Shown in pieces: positions 12,201-24,006 of a stretch of DNA of 64,000 nucleotides. Where the stretch lies: contig NC_092670.1 in NCBI RefSeq assembly GCF_964355755.1, positions 29,996,388-30,060,387 of the forward strand. The letters run 5' to 3'. A program made the position numbers and the translations under genes. Each line of letters begins with the position of its first letter. Position 1 is the stretch's first letter. This DNA comes from Antedon mediterranea. Lineage: Eukaryota > Animalia > Echinodermata. The notes beneath the pieces are model-generated. The model was not told the DNA's origin. It saw only the letters and a program-made list of their open reading frames with translations, and searched no databases.

Positions 12201-15200
12201 TCGATAGAAGAAATCGGAAAAAATGCTCTATCACATATGGTAGAAAATGGAACCATGTATGCAAAGTAGAACACTAATTGTAGAGTATTAGTTAAGAAAC
12301 AAATATAATACTGATAATAGTGTAATTATAATCTTCTTTAATCCCTACAACAATTTTGTATTTACATTGTCTGACATTATCTTACTATATTCACTATAAT
12401 TAAACTCTACTTTTTATTCGTTTATTTTACTAAATAATAATACTATAATAATTATATGTATATTTATTTCATAGATACCTTAGTTGTGGTGGACTTCGAT
12501 CGATTCCCTCGAACATTAGGAAATATATTAACATGTAAATTACTTTAAATTTTAATACTTCTATACAATAGTTAAAATGTATGCACATTGTTCAGTTAAA
12601 GCACCATAAGTGAGTGCTCCGACATATGATACATAATATAGGCCTATAGTTCGAATCTTAGTTTGGGCGGCTTTTTCTTATTATAGATTTATCCATCTTT
12701 ATCGTTTCTAAAATAATTAGTATTATATATAAATTGTCTTTCTTGTTGTCACGTTTATTTATGGTGACACTGGGACGCCTTTCTCATTTCATCGTCACGC
12801 CCATTTCCCCATTAATAAATATTTTGTTGAAAATGTATTACTAAACTTAAACTGTTATTCGTAGCCTATCCGTTAAGGCCCATTTACAATAATTAATACT
12901 ACTTTTGTCTGAAAACAAGAATATCATAGAAACTAAACATACAAGTACACGAGGTAACAGAAAATAAATAATTGCAGGTGAATAAATGTACAAATAATAA
13001 TAATAATAATAATTTGATTTGATTTGATCACTTTATTTCAGAATAAATATTCCATATAATTATACTATAGACTAGGCTATTAATGAGGTAGGTGCCACCC
13101 GGAGAGGTAGAAATTCTCATATGACTTTTCGAGACCAGTTTTTTCTGGGGAATCCAAATATATTGGGTAAACGGGCTGTAACCTGAGAACTTTCGCGTGA
13201 GGGTGCTTTTTTTCAAAATGGCTGCCAGTTACAGTAGACTATGATATCTTGGCAACCACTGGTCATAGAGAGTTACTTATGGTGTCAAATTGTTCGGAAT
13301 GTACATGTTCCTATTTGATGTAATAGAACATTTTGTCCGAAAATGGCCGGAAATACCTCAATTGATCTTTGACCCAATATCTAACAGATATCATATCTCC
13401 GTAACTACTCGACACAGAAAGTTGTAATTGGTGTCAAACTGTCCAGAATATAGATGTTTATATTCAAACTAATAGAACATTATCCGTAAAAATGACCAGA
13501 AATAACTTTACTGACCTTTGACCCAAAATGCAAGACATTTCTCCTATCTGATCACGTTTAGTAATATCTTGTCAATTAATTCATTTTGTGCCAATTGGAG
13601 GTTGACATTCTCATATTATTTTCTGGACCAGTTTTTTATGTGCAATCCGAATATATGAGACAAATAAGCCATAACAAGGCCAAGAATTTAATTCTTTTAC
13701 TACATACATGCTTCCCTTTAGTGTTTATGTCTGTATGTCGTGTATTAATCTTCAAGATCGCTCACATCACTGCAATCTGAAAAGTCTTCATATTCATTAT
13801 GTGTAAACAGTTCCTGGACATCCGCGGGCATCACTGTCTCAATCCATTTAGGCTCCATTTGTTCATTCCATCCATTGTGTGTACTGTTGTTGACAAAATC
13901 ATTGACGTCTGCTGATTGCCATTCTTTAGCAATGAAGTTTGCTCTAAGTATATGAAACTCAAGGGTCTGCTGACATGGTGGCAGTAATGATATATCTGTA
14001 ATCTTGTTGTGTCTGGGAAACTTTCTGTTGAAGATATCATATCTTGCTTGATTTACACTTTTCCCCTTCACTCCATACAATAGTGAAACATACTCTTCAA
14101 GTTCCTCATACAACTCTTTTGATGGAACAGCTGACACTCCAAGGTTGCAGAATGTGTCAACAAATTTTGCTTTTGATTTCAGAAGCTTCCAGCAGGTACG
14201 TTTTCCTTTCCGAAAGAAAGCGGAGTTATAATCGTTACCTGTAAAAGCATGGAATCAAATAAGGGATGATTTCTGCGCTTTTGTTAAATCAATGTCACTC
14301 AATTTCAGTACCTTTCGGTATTTCCCAGTGTTTGTATCAATAATTACCCTCTGCCCATCATCTATGAAATGAGATAGTGCAATGACTGGAATATCAATGT
14401 CTCCAGAATGGGAACGAATTATTGCTACGCCTTGATTGTTAGGATGACTTTCGTGTCGGCTTCTTCTTGGCTACTATTACTATAAGCTCCGGAACCAATA
14501 CAACATCTCTGTTAGTAACGTAGATGCATTCTTTGTACTATGAAAAGTAGATAACATCACTCCTCATATCTGTTAGAATGCTTTCTTTCTTTGACACTAG
14601 TACACATCGAATAAGCTCAATTAATCTGGTCTTGTTCTCGCCGTTGGCAAGGAAATTGTTGAAATCACGGGGCAACTTTGATATTGTTGAGCTTACAATT
14701 ACTTTTGGTGCAATGCCGCGTCTGTTTCTCTCAACAGACTTAATGCTTTTTGGCAAGTATGCATCGGCAACAATATCAACACGCTTGTATCCTTTATGGA
14801 TGCTGTTGAAAACCTTTGCTGCAAGATCCTCGTACGTATCAGGGTAAGATGTAAATGTTCTGATTAATGCCATCAAGTCAACAACATAGGCAATGACAGT
14901 AGCCTTTGCTGGCAGTGCTCGACCAGGATCCATAACATCTGTTGAACTTTTTTCGATGAGAATTTCCATTAGGACACTTTTCTGAGTTGTTCGTCTTGTC
15001 CCATCTGCATTAGCCAGGCTTAGCGGGACAGAGGTAAGTGGATACTCGAAGGCTTTCTTAAAGTCAATTATTCTACCTTGCTTTGTTGAGGTGGCAAGAA
15101 GCTTCCCTAAAACATCCCGATTAGCTTCTATTACTTTTACTTTCCCATTTGCCTTGATTTCGAGTTTCTTCCCACTATTCGAAAATAAAGTGAGCTTGTT

Positions 15201-17053
15201 GCGCTTAATAGGGTCATGGAATTTCAATTTAGTTGACTCAAGCCTTTCCTTTACAAAGCTTTCATGGACTGACTTGCCATTTGACAGGACTTTAAATATT
15301 CCGTCCGCAATATTTTTGTTCACTGGCGCTCCAGAACTAAGATTGTACAATTCATCTCTATTTAAAATGGGGTCAAATGGGTTGACATATTCTGTTGTCA
15401 AAACATAAATCAATTTCTGCACCTTGTCTTCAGATGAGATGATACGTGAAGGTCGTACTTGCTTGTATACATATCCATCAGGCTCACTATTGGAGTAGGT
15501 ACGTAAATAAGCAGTATTTTCTGTGTAAATCAAGCAAGATATGATATCTTCAACAGAAAGATTACAGATATATCATTACTGCCACCATGTCAGCAGACCC
15601 TTGAGTTTCATACTTAGAGCAAACTTCATTGCTAAAGAATGGCAATCAGCAGACGTCAATGATTTTGTCAACAACAGTAGGCCTACACACAATGGATGGA
15701 ATGAACAAATGGAGCCTAAATGGATTGAGACAGTGATGCCCGCGGATGTCCAGGAACTGTTTACACATAATGAATATGAAGACTTTTCAGATTGCAGTGA
15801 TGTGAGCGATCTTGAAGATTAATACACGACATACAGACTGAAACACTAAGGGAAGCATGTATGTAGTAAAAGAATTAAATTCTTGGCCTTGTTATGGCTT
15901 ATTAATCTCATATATTCGGATTGCACATGAAAAACTGGTCCAGAAAATAATATGAGAATGTCAACCTCCAATTGGCACAAAATGAATTAATTGACAAGAT
16001 ATTACTAAATGTGATCAGATAGGAGAAATGTCTTGCATTTTGGGTCAAAGGTCAGTAACGTTATTTCCGGTCATTTTTACAGATAATGTTCTATTAGTTT
16101 GAATATAAACATCTATATTCTGGACAGTTTGACACCAATTACAACTTTCTGTGTCGAGTAGTTACGGAGATATGATATCTGTTGGATATTGGGTCAAAGG
16201 TCAATAGAGGCATTTCCGGCCATTTTCGGACAAAATGTGCTATTTACATCAAATAGGAACATGTACATTCCGAACAATTTGACACCATAAGTAACTCTCT
16301 ATGACCAGTGGTTGCCAAGATATCATAGTCTACTGTAACTGGTGGCCATTTTGAAAAAAGCGCCCTCACGCGAAAGTTCTCAGGTTACAGCCCATTTACC
16401 CAATATATTTGGATTCCCCAGAAAAAACTGGTCTAGAAAAGTCATATGAGAATTTCTACCTCTCCGGGTGGCACCTACCTCATTCATAGCCTAGTCTATA
16501 TATACAACAACAAATAATACAAAACCGGAAAATCAAAATAAAATAGTTTTTCCCACTTAGTGTAAATATTTTATCCCACTTAGTGTAAATATTTTTGCGG
16601 CCTAAACTGAAAAAAAAAAAATAATAATAATAATAATAACATATAAACAAGAATACTTGATTGAGGAGTAGATAATATAATTTGATGCATTTATAATTGT
16701 ATTGTATTGTTAATTTTCAATAGTATTTGTGTTCAAGAAGGTACACCAATCGATATATTGATTGACGAGGAAATGTTAAGGCATCTTAGGAAAGAAATTG
16801 GTTTGACATGTAATTTATCAACTCGAACATGCAGCCCGTGCAAAGAAGGGACATACCTGTTATTTGGAAATTCAAAATGTGAAAAGTGCCCACCTGGTAA
16901 TGTATTAAGTATATTTTTTAAGTGTATTAAATAATAAAGCAACGGGATACTTATTTTTTTCCATTTATTTTGACAGTAACATATTGCAATATTTATTTCT
17001 AATAATAAACTAATAATCTTTAGTTTGTGAGATTTTTTTGCGAATGATGATCG

Positions 17054-17094
<41 letters not shown>

Positions 17095-20000
17095 CAATCC
17101 AAAGGCAAATTACTGAAAAAAATGACAATGCTGTGGGTATCAGTGGCTGGATCTCAATGGAGATACAAAAATAAAAAGCGAAAAGCTAAATCAAAACGAT
17201 AAAGTAAACAGCCAGAAAAGTTAGCAGATATATTTATCGTTTCAGATTAATTAATTAAATTTCAGTATATCACCGGGCGGTTTAGAATGACTGTTCTTTG
17301 CCTAATTTGTTTATAGCTATATATAAATTATGGTTAATTCTGACATAGGTGAGCACAATGCAAAAACTTCGGTACAAATCTCCGCCTTAAATACCTACCT
17401 TATCTATCTGAGATGTACCACGAAACGTAGATTTGATAACATTAGTGTTCAGAGCGACGCTATTGTTCCATATTTCTATCTTAGGAAGATATTATAAAGA
17501 GTTTTTTAATACAATTTATGATTTCAACATTAGATTTTCATTAGTAGGACTGGAGTTTAAGTTGGCCATTAATCATAGCCATTTCAGTTTTTTGTAAATA
17601 TACGCCATAAAGAATCAGAATATATTGTGGGGAATAGTATTATAAAATTACATAGAGAGATTTGATGATAAGACATTTTTCGAGTGAAATCCCGATAGCT
17701 GAGTTTTATTGAGTAAGCTTGCAGAGGAATAACTGTAGGCTATCTTCCTGTGTCCCGTTAGGACCGAGATGTCTGCCCATGTTGCAAGCCGTACCATAAT
17801 GTCTTCTTTCTGGGCCCACTCTGTCACGGCAGTTAGTTTCAAAAGATGATTAAATTAAATAATGTATTAATAATTATTAGGATGGTATTCATTTGAATAA
17901 ACGCCTCTCCAATAAAACATCACTTTGAATAATAACCCCCCCCCCCCCCAACCCAACTATCTAATAAACATCCATCCACATATTTATAACAACACAATTA
18001 TACGGTACTATTTGTAGTAGAATTCACCGCACTGTTATCTACAATTTACCAAGCATTTGTTATTCTTTTTTAGCACTTTTCATATCTATTAGAGGATTTC
18101 ATTTGATTATAAATGTTACCATATTTAATTAAAACTACAAAATTTAACATATATCCCTCGAATAAGCACCTCCCTCAAATGACCTCCGCCTCCCAAAAGG
18201 GCCCTACCAAACAATAAAAACTGTACTTTAAAATGTTATTAATCATCTAAAACACTGTGAAACAAAGTAGTTTAGTTTTACGAATGTCAAAAGCATTTTC
18301 AATTGGTAACCGACAGAAAACGTATAAGGAGAACATTATCATTCCGAAAACCATCGTCTACACTAGAGGGGGAGCGCCGTACCACGCCGAGAATGTTAAG
18401 GAGTCGCTATCCAATCGAGTTTGAACAATACCATGAAAGCCCCAGTGGTCTAATGGTTAGGCAACTGCATGTCAAGCAGACGGTCTGAGTTTTGACGAAG
18501 GAGGGTTAAAAATTCCCCATATTAAGAGTTACTGTACATCTCAAATCTCAAATCATGTTGGGTGAAAAGATATCTTGATGGAAATCAATCCAAGTGGAAA
18601 GTGTTACAGCACAGCAGGCAAAGAACATTAATTCTAAACAACCCAGTGATATACTGAAATTTAATTAATTAATTTGAAACGATAAAGATGAGGAAATCTG
18701 TGAGAATGAGAAAAAGTCGCCCCAACCGAGACTCGAACTCGGACCGTCTGCTTGACATGCAGTTGCCCTAACCAATAGACCACTGGGTCTTTCATGGTAT
18801 TGTTCAAACTCGATTGGATAGCGACTCTTTAACATTCTCGGCGTGGTACGGCGGAACAGCACTAGTCCTCAGTTGTACGCACGCGCAACAGAGATCAAAT
18901 TGATACACCCTCATCTTTCAGTGTTTATTCACGAGGCGGGATCTCCGAAGAGATACTTTTATATATGTAAACACAGTAGGCAAAGAATATTAATTCTAAA
19001 CTGCCCGGTGATATACTGAAATTTAATTAATTAATTTGAAACGATAAAGATGAGGAAATCTGTGAGAATGAGAAAAAGTCGCCCCAACCGAGACTCGAAC
19101 TCGGACCGTTTGCTTGACATGCAGATGCCCTCTGGGGCTTTCATGGTATTATTCAAACTCGATTGAATAGCGACTCTTTAACATTCTCGGCGTGGTACGG
19201 CGGAACAGCACTAGTCCTCAATTGTACGCACGCGCACCAGAGATCAAATTGATACACCCTCATCTTTTACAGCATTTTTATTCACCAAGCGGGATCTCCG
19301 AAGATATACTTTTATATATATAAGCACATCAGGCTAAGGACATCAATTCTAAACCGCCCGGTGATATACTGAAATTTAATTAATTATGTTGAAACGATAA
19401 AGATGAGGAAATCTGTGAGAATGAGAAAAAGTCGCCCCAGCCGAGACTCGAACTCGGACCGCCTGCTTGATATGCAGCTGTCCTAACCAATAGACCACTG
19501 GGGCTTTCATGGTATTGTTCAAACTCGATTGGATAGCGACTCTTTAACACTCTCGGCGTGGTATGGTGGAACAGCACTAGTCCTCAGTTGTACGCACGCG
19601 CACCAGATATCAAATTGATACGCCCTCATCTTTCAGTATTTTTATTCACGAGGCGGGATCGTCGAAGAGATTCTTTTTATATATATAATGAGTTTGAACA
19701 ATACCATGAAAGCCCCAGTGGTCTAATGGTTAGGACATCTGCATGTCAAGCAGACGGTCCGAGTTCGAGTCTCGGTTGGGGCGAATTTTTCTCATTCTCA
19801 CAGATTTCCTCATCTTTATAGTTTCAAATTAATTAATTGAATTTCAGTATAACACCGGGCGGTTTAGAATTAATGTTCTTTGCCTGATGTGTTTATAGCG
19901 ACTCTTTAACATTCTCGGCGTTATGTAGTTATAACAATGCAATGTGTTAGTAATAAGGAAGGGAAGCAAAGACATTAATATTTATTTTAAAAGACAAAAT

Positions 20001-22670
20001 CTCAATGCAATGCAATAAATAAGGTAGGCCTATTACATTACAAGTTTTTTAAGTATCAAAACCTACTTTTTAAAAGTACTATTAATATACTTTATTTATG
20101 AACATTAATGGATGATTTAACTAAGCAACCTATCATGTAAATAGGCTGGAATAGGCTATCTTTCACCATTACGTGAGTTGTTCATGTTAACTGTACTATA
20201 AATCATGGGTAAATACAACAAAAACTGTTATTCACTTCATTCAGTGTTAAACAGAACAATACATTAAAAAAATAATACTGTATGCTGGAAAAAATTTGCT
20301 GCAAAACCTTGTTACTGTACATTGATTTGTTTATAGGTGGATTCTATCAAGATAGACGAGGAGTTAGTGAAATGAGTGGTTTTAGAGAATCCTGTCAGCA
20401 ATGTCCGATTGGAAGTTTCTCACATAATGCAGGAGCGGCATCCATTGTAGATTGTCAGACGTGTCCATCTGGAACTAAAACCAATACATATGCGAATCTA
20501 AATGCTTGCTATTGCCTTGACAATTTCCATAGAACTGATAGATTTGGTCCATGCTCGTCCTGTCAAGAAGGAGTAAGCTGTACAGGAGGATATCAGAATA
20601 TAGCAAAAGGTTACTGGTGGTCATGGGAGTTCAAAGAAAATTGTAGTGTAGTTGAAGAACAAAACAAAACCCCATGTTTATCTGAATACAGAGCATTTAT
20701 AACTAAACTACAAACTGACACATTTCTAATTGATAACCCAAACGAACTAAAAGATGCTGTATACAAAGGTCCGTTACCAAAAGTATATCCGTGTCCATTT
20801 GGAGAAAAGAGTTGTAATATTGGACGGAATTTGAATAACAGCTGTGCCGAAGGATACACAGGTTGGCTTTGTGCAGCATGTTCTAATGGATATTATGAGC
20901 TATTTAACGAATGCTATAAATGTCATGAGCCCGCTGTAACTGTAATTATATCGGTTAGTGTTGCCTTGGCAATAGTTGGAGTGCTTTTCTTTTTATGGAG
21001 GATGCAGCAAAGACTCACGGAAAACCGACACATCAAGGTAGATTCATTTCTGACATATTTGAAAATTGCTATTAATTTTTATCAGGTCTTAGGAATTCTA
21101 TCAGAAGTAACGGAAATTCATTGGCCTAAAAACTTCGAGTATGCCGGCCAAATAATTCAATATTTTGACGTCATAAAATACATAAATATGTTAAGTCCAA
21201 GATGTTTACACGAAACTTGGAACGCATATTCCTCGCTTCATATTGCAATGGCTACGCCTCTTGTTATAGTGACAATTATGTCAATCATTTATGTTAGTTT
21301 ATACATCTGGAATAAGTACCATGGAATAGTAACTGAGAGCCGCGTACGTAAAAAATGTATAATTTTATCAATGTTGCTTCTTTACCTTACGTATGCAAAC
21401 ACATGTGCAGATATTATGGCGGTGGGACCATGGTCCATTCGTGTATTCAACGTTACATTAAATGGTGTAGTAAAAAAATCAGTACTAACATCAGACTACT
21501 CAATTGATCTTGATAAAAATGGTGGATCCACATATCAAATTAACAAAACACTTGTTTACGTTGGTTTAACATACATCATTGGTTTTCCATTGGTTATAGT
21601 TCTTATGTTATACTATTATCATGTACGTTGTTATCAGCATAACGAAACCCACGAAAACGGATGGATGATTGGTGTGCAGTTCTTTTGTGGACAATATAAA
21701 CATACATTTTGGTTTTGGGAATCATTTGAGCTGTACAACAAGGCTATATTGGCATTAATTGCAAACTTGAGAGACGACGTGTCTTCAAGCCTGTCTTACT
21801 CTCTGTTTGTTACGGTAATTTATATTGTATTACATTTATACCTTGAGCCAATGAAGGAGAAATCTGAACAGAGATTCCAACAATTGACACTTACCTTCAT
21901 AGTTGTAAACTTATCTATTGGAGCGATTGTAAACTTGGACCAGACTGGCAATGGAGATGATGTCATCGAATTACTTCACAAGATTACTCCAATAATTCTA
22001 CTTATGCTGAATGTGTCGATCATGTTTGTCGTAATCGGTAAGATATATTATATAACATATTTCAATTTATTCAAAATAACCTCCATAAATGGAGAGATGC
22101 ATTGAAATCACAAAAACCCCCAAAAATAATATACACAAACAAGAGGAAATAATTCAAAGGTTAAAACGTCTTCACTGTCTAAGAGGTTTAGATAATTTTG
22201 ATGGTTACAATTTTAAAGTGTAGATTCTTTTTTCGAGTACATTTCTAACTGTGTCACAGACTCCGTGGTGATTACAATCATTACATTTTAGTTGTCTCAC
22301 ATCTTTACGATATTGATTATCAATTTTATAAGTTGACAGGCAGACATTTTTTTAAACTTGCACTAATCTAAAGGATAAGTTTCATTGTTGTTTAGATGCT
22401 CGTTAGTATTTTAATTTTACACACTGAAAAATGTTATGCGTGTACATACAGATTAAAATCCAAACTTTTGCTTGATAATAATTGTATATTGAAAAGCGAT
22501 AGTTAATATTTCATCAAAAATCAATGAATTTGAGTACTGTTTATCAACCAATGCATTTCTTAATTTTAGTTCATTTTGTGAAGAAAGTTAAAAATGAGTG
22601 TTATCGCCACGAAGAACCCATAAGACTCCTTGAAATTAATAATGTAGACTCGGATGAAGACGCGGATTGA
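3268..22670 (+). CDS. Gene A: LRR-ectodomain, Cys-rich, multipass (approx. 9 TM) membrane protein; 5'-partial, about 983 aa in window
   Basis: Exons with AG/GT boundaries that join into one open frame: 3268-3336, 3972-4043, 4424-4492, 4728-4805, 5005-5073, 5256-5324, 6071-6142, 6516-6584, 9360-9494, 10063-10131, 10531-10605, 12185-12256, 12475-12534 (LRR exons, all phase 2, e.g. DLSYNHIHQIEPFTF, YLGQNKLQSIPSRAF, DLSWNNLTSL), 16724-16896 (Cys-rich), 20337-22037 (Cys-rich + TM), 22570-22670 (VHFVKKVKNEC...DEDAD*). Exons are collinear with those of the paralog at 24733-56629. Confidence 0.88.
6745..7385 (-). mobile_element. Degenerate Penelope-like element 3' part (GIY-YIG fragment + hammerhead-bearing terminus)
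   Basis: Minus strand near 7290-7365 reads QYVGEIRKTLSVRMTQHRSAIKT (GIY-YIG-like); downstream on the same strand lies the family A repeat (TAGATGAAAGGCTAGTGATGCCTGAAAGCTCTGC). Confidence 0.65.
7420..7863 (+). repeat. Family B repeat (about 360-bp unit with internal tRNA-like cloverleaf), one unit preceded by a duplicated tail, flanked by (TA)n
   Basis: Same sequence recurs at 18375-19920, 23565-23868 and 56745-57100; tRNA-like core at about 7678-7750. Confidence 0.85.
7875..9115 (+). mobile_element. Degenerate Penelope-like 3' fragment with hammerhead motif (8951-8992), interrupted by a HINE copy
   Basis: TAGACCACGATGTCAAAT segment matches the GIY-YIG-adjacent sequence at about 7250(-) and 63580(+); ends in family A repeat with CTGATGAAGGGCTTGTGTTGCCGGAAAGCTC. 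Confidence 0.55.
7992..8699 (+). mobile_element. Helentron-associated repeat copy 2 (variant 3' end)
   Basis: Near-identical to 123-810; ends at CACGCGACT without the terminal GGCTGTTGGCC hairpin. Confidence 0.8.
10770..11900. repeat. Probable degenerate DNA-transposon terminal remnant(s)
   Basis: Recurrent TTGACCTTTGA and ATGGCGG motifs and an internal duplicated block (ATTCTAACATTATTGACCTTTGA, CATGTTTTTGCAAAAA) resembling the subterminal motifs of the element at 13066-16500; no termini or TSD found. Confidence 0.3.
13066..16500 (-). mobile_element. Academ-like DNA transposon derivative with about 1-kb inverted arms
   Basis: Inverted repeat 13066-14058 vs 15523-16500 (termini TATAGACTAGGCTAT...ATAGCCTAGTCTATA), flanked by direct TATAC (13061-13065, 16501-16505); internal transposase C-terminal fragment. 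Confidence 0.8.
13745..15522 (-). pseudogene. Academ-type transposase C-terminal (XPG-like nuclease) region, 5'-truncated and interrupted
   Basis: Motifs YVNPF, YPLTSVPLSLA, DAYLPKSIKSVERNRRG, FLANGENKTRL, SQEEADT, HAFTGNDYNSAFFRKGK, LPPCQQTLEFHILRAN spread over several frames. Confidence 0.75.
17595..18375 (+). repeat. Dispersed repeat, diverged copy of the Helitron-like element at 60890-62857 (empty site for the MULE-like insertion)
   Basis: Collinear similarity (CCATAAAGAATC..ATATT.TGGGGAATAGTAT; CTCGAATAAGCACCTCCCT; TTTAAAATGTTATTAATCATCTAA; ACCGACAGAAAACGT). Confidence 0.7.
18375..19920. repeat. Cluster of family B repeats: partial + copy, three tandem minus-strand units (18612-19680), then an inverted + copy (19688-19920)
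   Basis: About 360-bp periodicity with short (TA)n spacers at 18960, 19313 and 19678; the repeated 65-aa ORFs in the track mark the units. Confidence 0.9.
19712..19783 (+). tRNA. tRNA-Asp(GTC)-like cloverleaf inside the family B repeat (lookalike, probably not a canonical tRNA gene)
   Basis: 72 nt: acceptor GCCCCAG/TTGGGGC, D stem GTCT/GGAC, anticodon stem TCTGC/GCAGA with loop ATGTCAA, T stem CCGAG/CTCGG with TTCGAGT, G73, followed by TTTTT. Other copies have anticodon ATC. Confidence 0.55.
20337..22037 (+). CDS. Gene A large exon: Cys-rich repeats + multipass membrane domain
   Basis: 1701-bp open exon within the 607-aa ORF (TTATAG|GTGGA ... ATCG|GTAAG); CxxCPxG repeats, CAEGYTGWLCAAC, then about 9 hydrophobic segments. 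Confidence 0.92.
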
Positions 22671-23564
22671 TAAAATGTAGGCCTTTTTCTATTTTATACA
22701 CTTTACAAAATTATAAATAACGGGTATCTGAAATTAAACATAGTAGTAGGAATAAAATATTAAAACTTACCAGTTGTTTTTTATGCTACTGTTAATTTTA
22801 AAGTTTCTACTCTACTGTCCTGTCTAATAATTTAATATATATTTTAAAATTAATCTGGTGTGTCTGTCATACCAACCTTTCTGGTTTCCTGAGATTCCCT
22901 TTTATCATTTTCTTTATTCGAAACATTGTTAATATAATTACTTTTATATTATCTTTTGGTGAATACACGTATTTGTACGTATGTACATACATTTGCAATC
23001 GAAGACAAAAATCAAATGTTGTTATTATTTTTTATGTTTTTATTAGTTCATTTTTGACGCTGAGTGTGTCCAAGCAACGTTTGAGGATTGAGAGAACTAA
23101 GAAAAGCATAAACGATAGCTTTAAAATGTGTGAATATTAGCGGTCCGATTAAGTCTACCATCATCATCGTTATGTAAACTCAACGCAACTCAACGTCAAC
23201 TGAAACACAGGCTCTGTAAAGAAGTATAACTATCTGAAATCTCGAGAAATCATAGGTGACTTTAATCTTTGAGTTTGTGAATTTATAGAACACGTAAATT
23301 GTATAAACTAAATACTCACTAGATGGTTGTTGGAATTACAGTAAACCAGAATATTATCTGTAAAACCTTTGTAAAATACTATTATTACTAGTAAAATTAC
23401 TAAATATTGAACCCTTAATGGTTAAGTAAATAGGTATATACAAATTAAAAAAACATTATTTATGTTATACACATTTTGATAAATACGGGATTTTAAAGTT
23501 AGTGGTATATGTTAATAAATACATTGTAACTGTAATATAAGTGTATGTCTAAATTGTATATATC

Positions 23565-23995
23565 CGAGGATGAGGGCGTATCAATTTGATCTCTGTTGCG
23601 CGTGCGTACAACTGAGGACTAGTGCTGTTCCGCCGTACCACGCCGAGAATGTTAAAGAGTCGTTATCCAATCGAGTTCGAACAATACCATGAAAGCCCCA
23701 GTGGTCTAATGGTTAGGACATCTGCATATCAAGCAGGCGGTCCGAGTTCAAGTCTCGTTTGGGGCGACTTTTTCTCATTCTCACAGATTTCCTCATCTTT
23801 GTCGTTTCAAATTAATTAATTAAATTTCAGTATATCACCGGGCGGTTTAGAATTACTGTTCTTTGCCTCTTTTCTGGCTGTTTACTTTATCGTTTTGATT
23901 TAGCTTTTCGCTTTTTATTTTTGTATCTCCATTGAGATCCAGCCACTGATACCCACAGCATTGTCATTTTTTTCAGTAATTTGCCTTTGGATTTA
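23565..23995 (+). repeat. Family B unit fused directly to family A (Penelope-like) tail, ending in (TA)n
   Basis: B sequence to TTCTTTGCCT (about 23868), immediately followed by CTTTTCTGGCTGTTTTACTTTATCG...TTTGGATTTA(TA)n. Confidence 0.85.
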
Positions 23996-24006
23996 TATAT
24001 ATATAT

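Noticed and set aside
20282-22105. 607-aa ORF as a standalone gene or as an LGR/class A GPCR or TLR
   Set aside because: Its first 18 and last 22 codons are intronic (similarity to the paralog starts and stops at the splice sites); no DRY, NPxxY or TIR motifs and more than 7 hydrophobic segments.
7606-23819. Repeated 65-aa ORF MLFRRTTPRMLKSRYPIEF as a small multigene family
   Set aside because: GTG start, lies within the family B repeat and overlaps the tRNA-like fold; other copies have deletions that break it.
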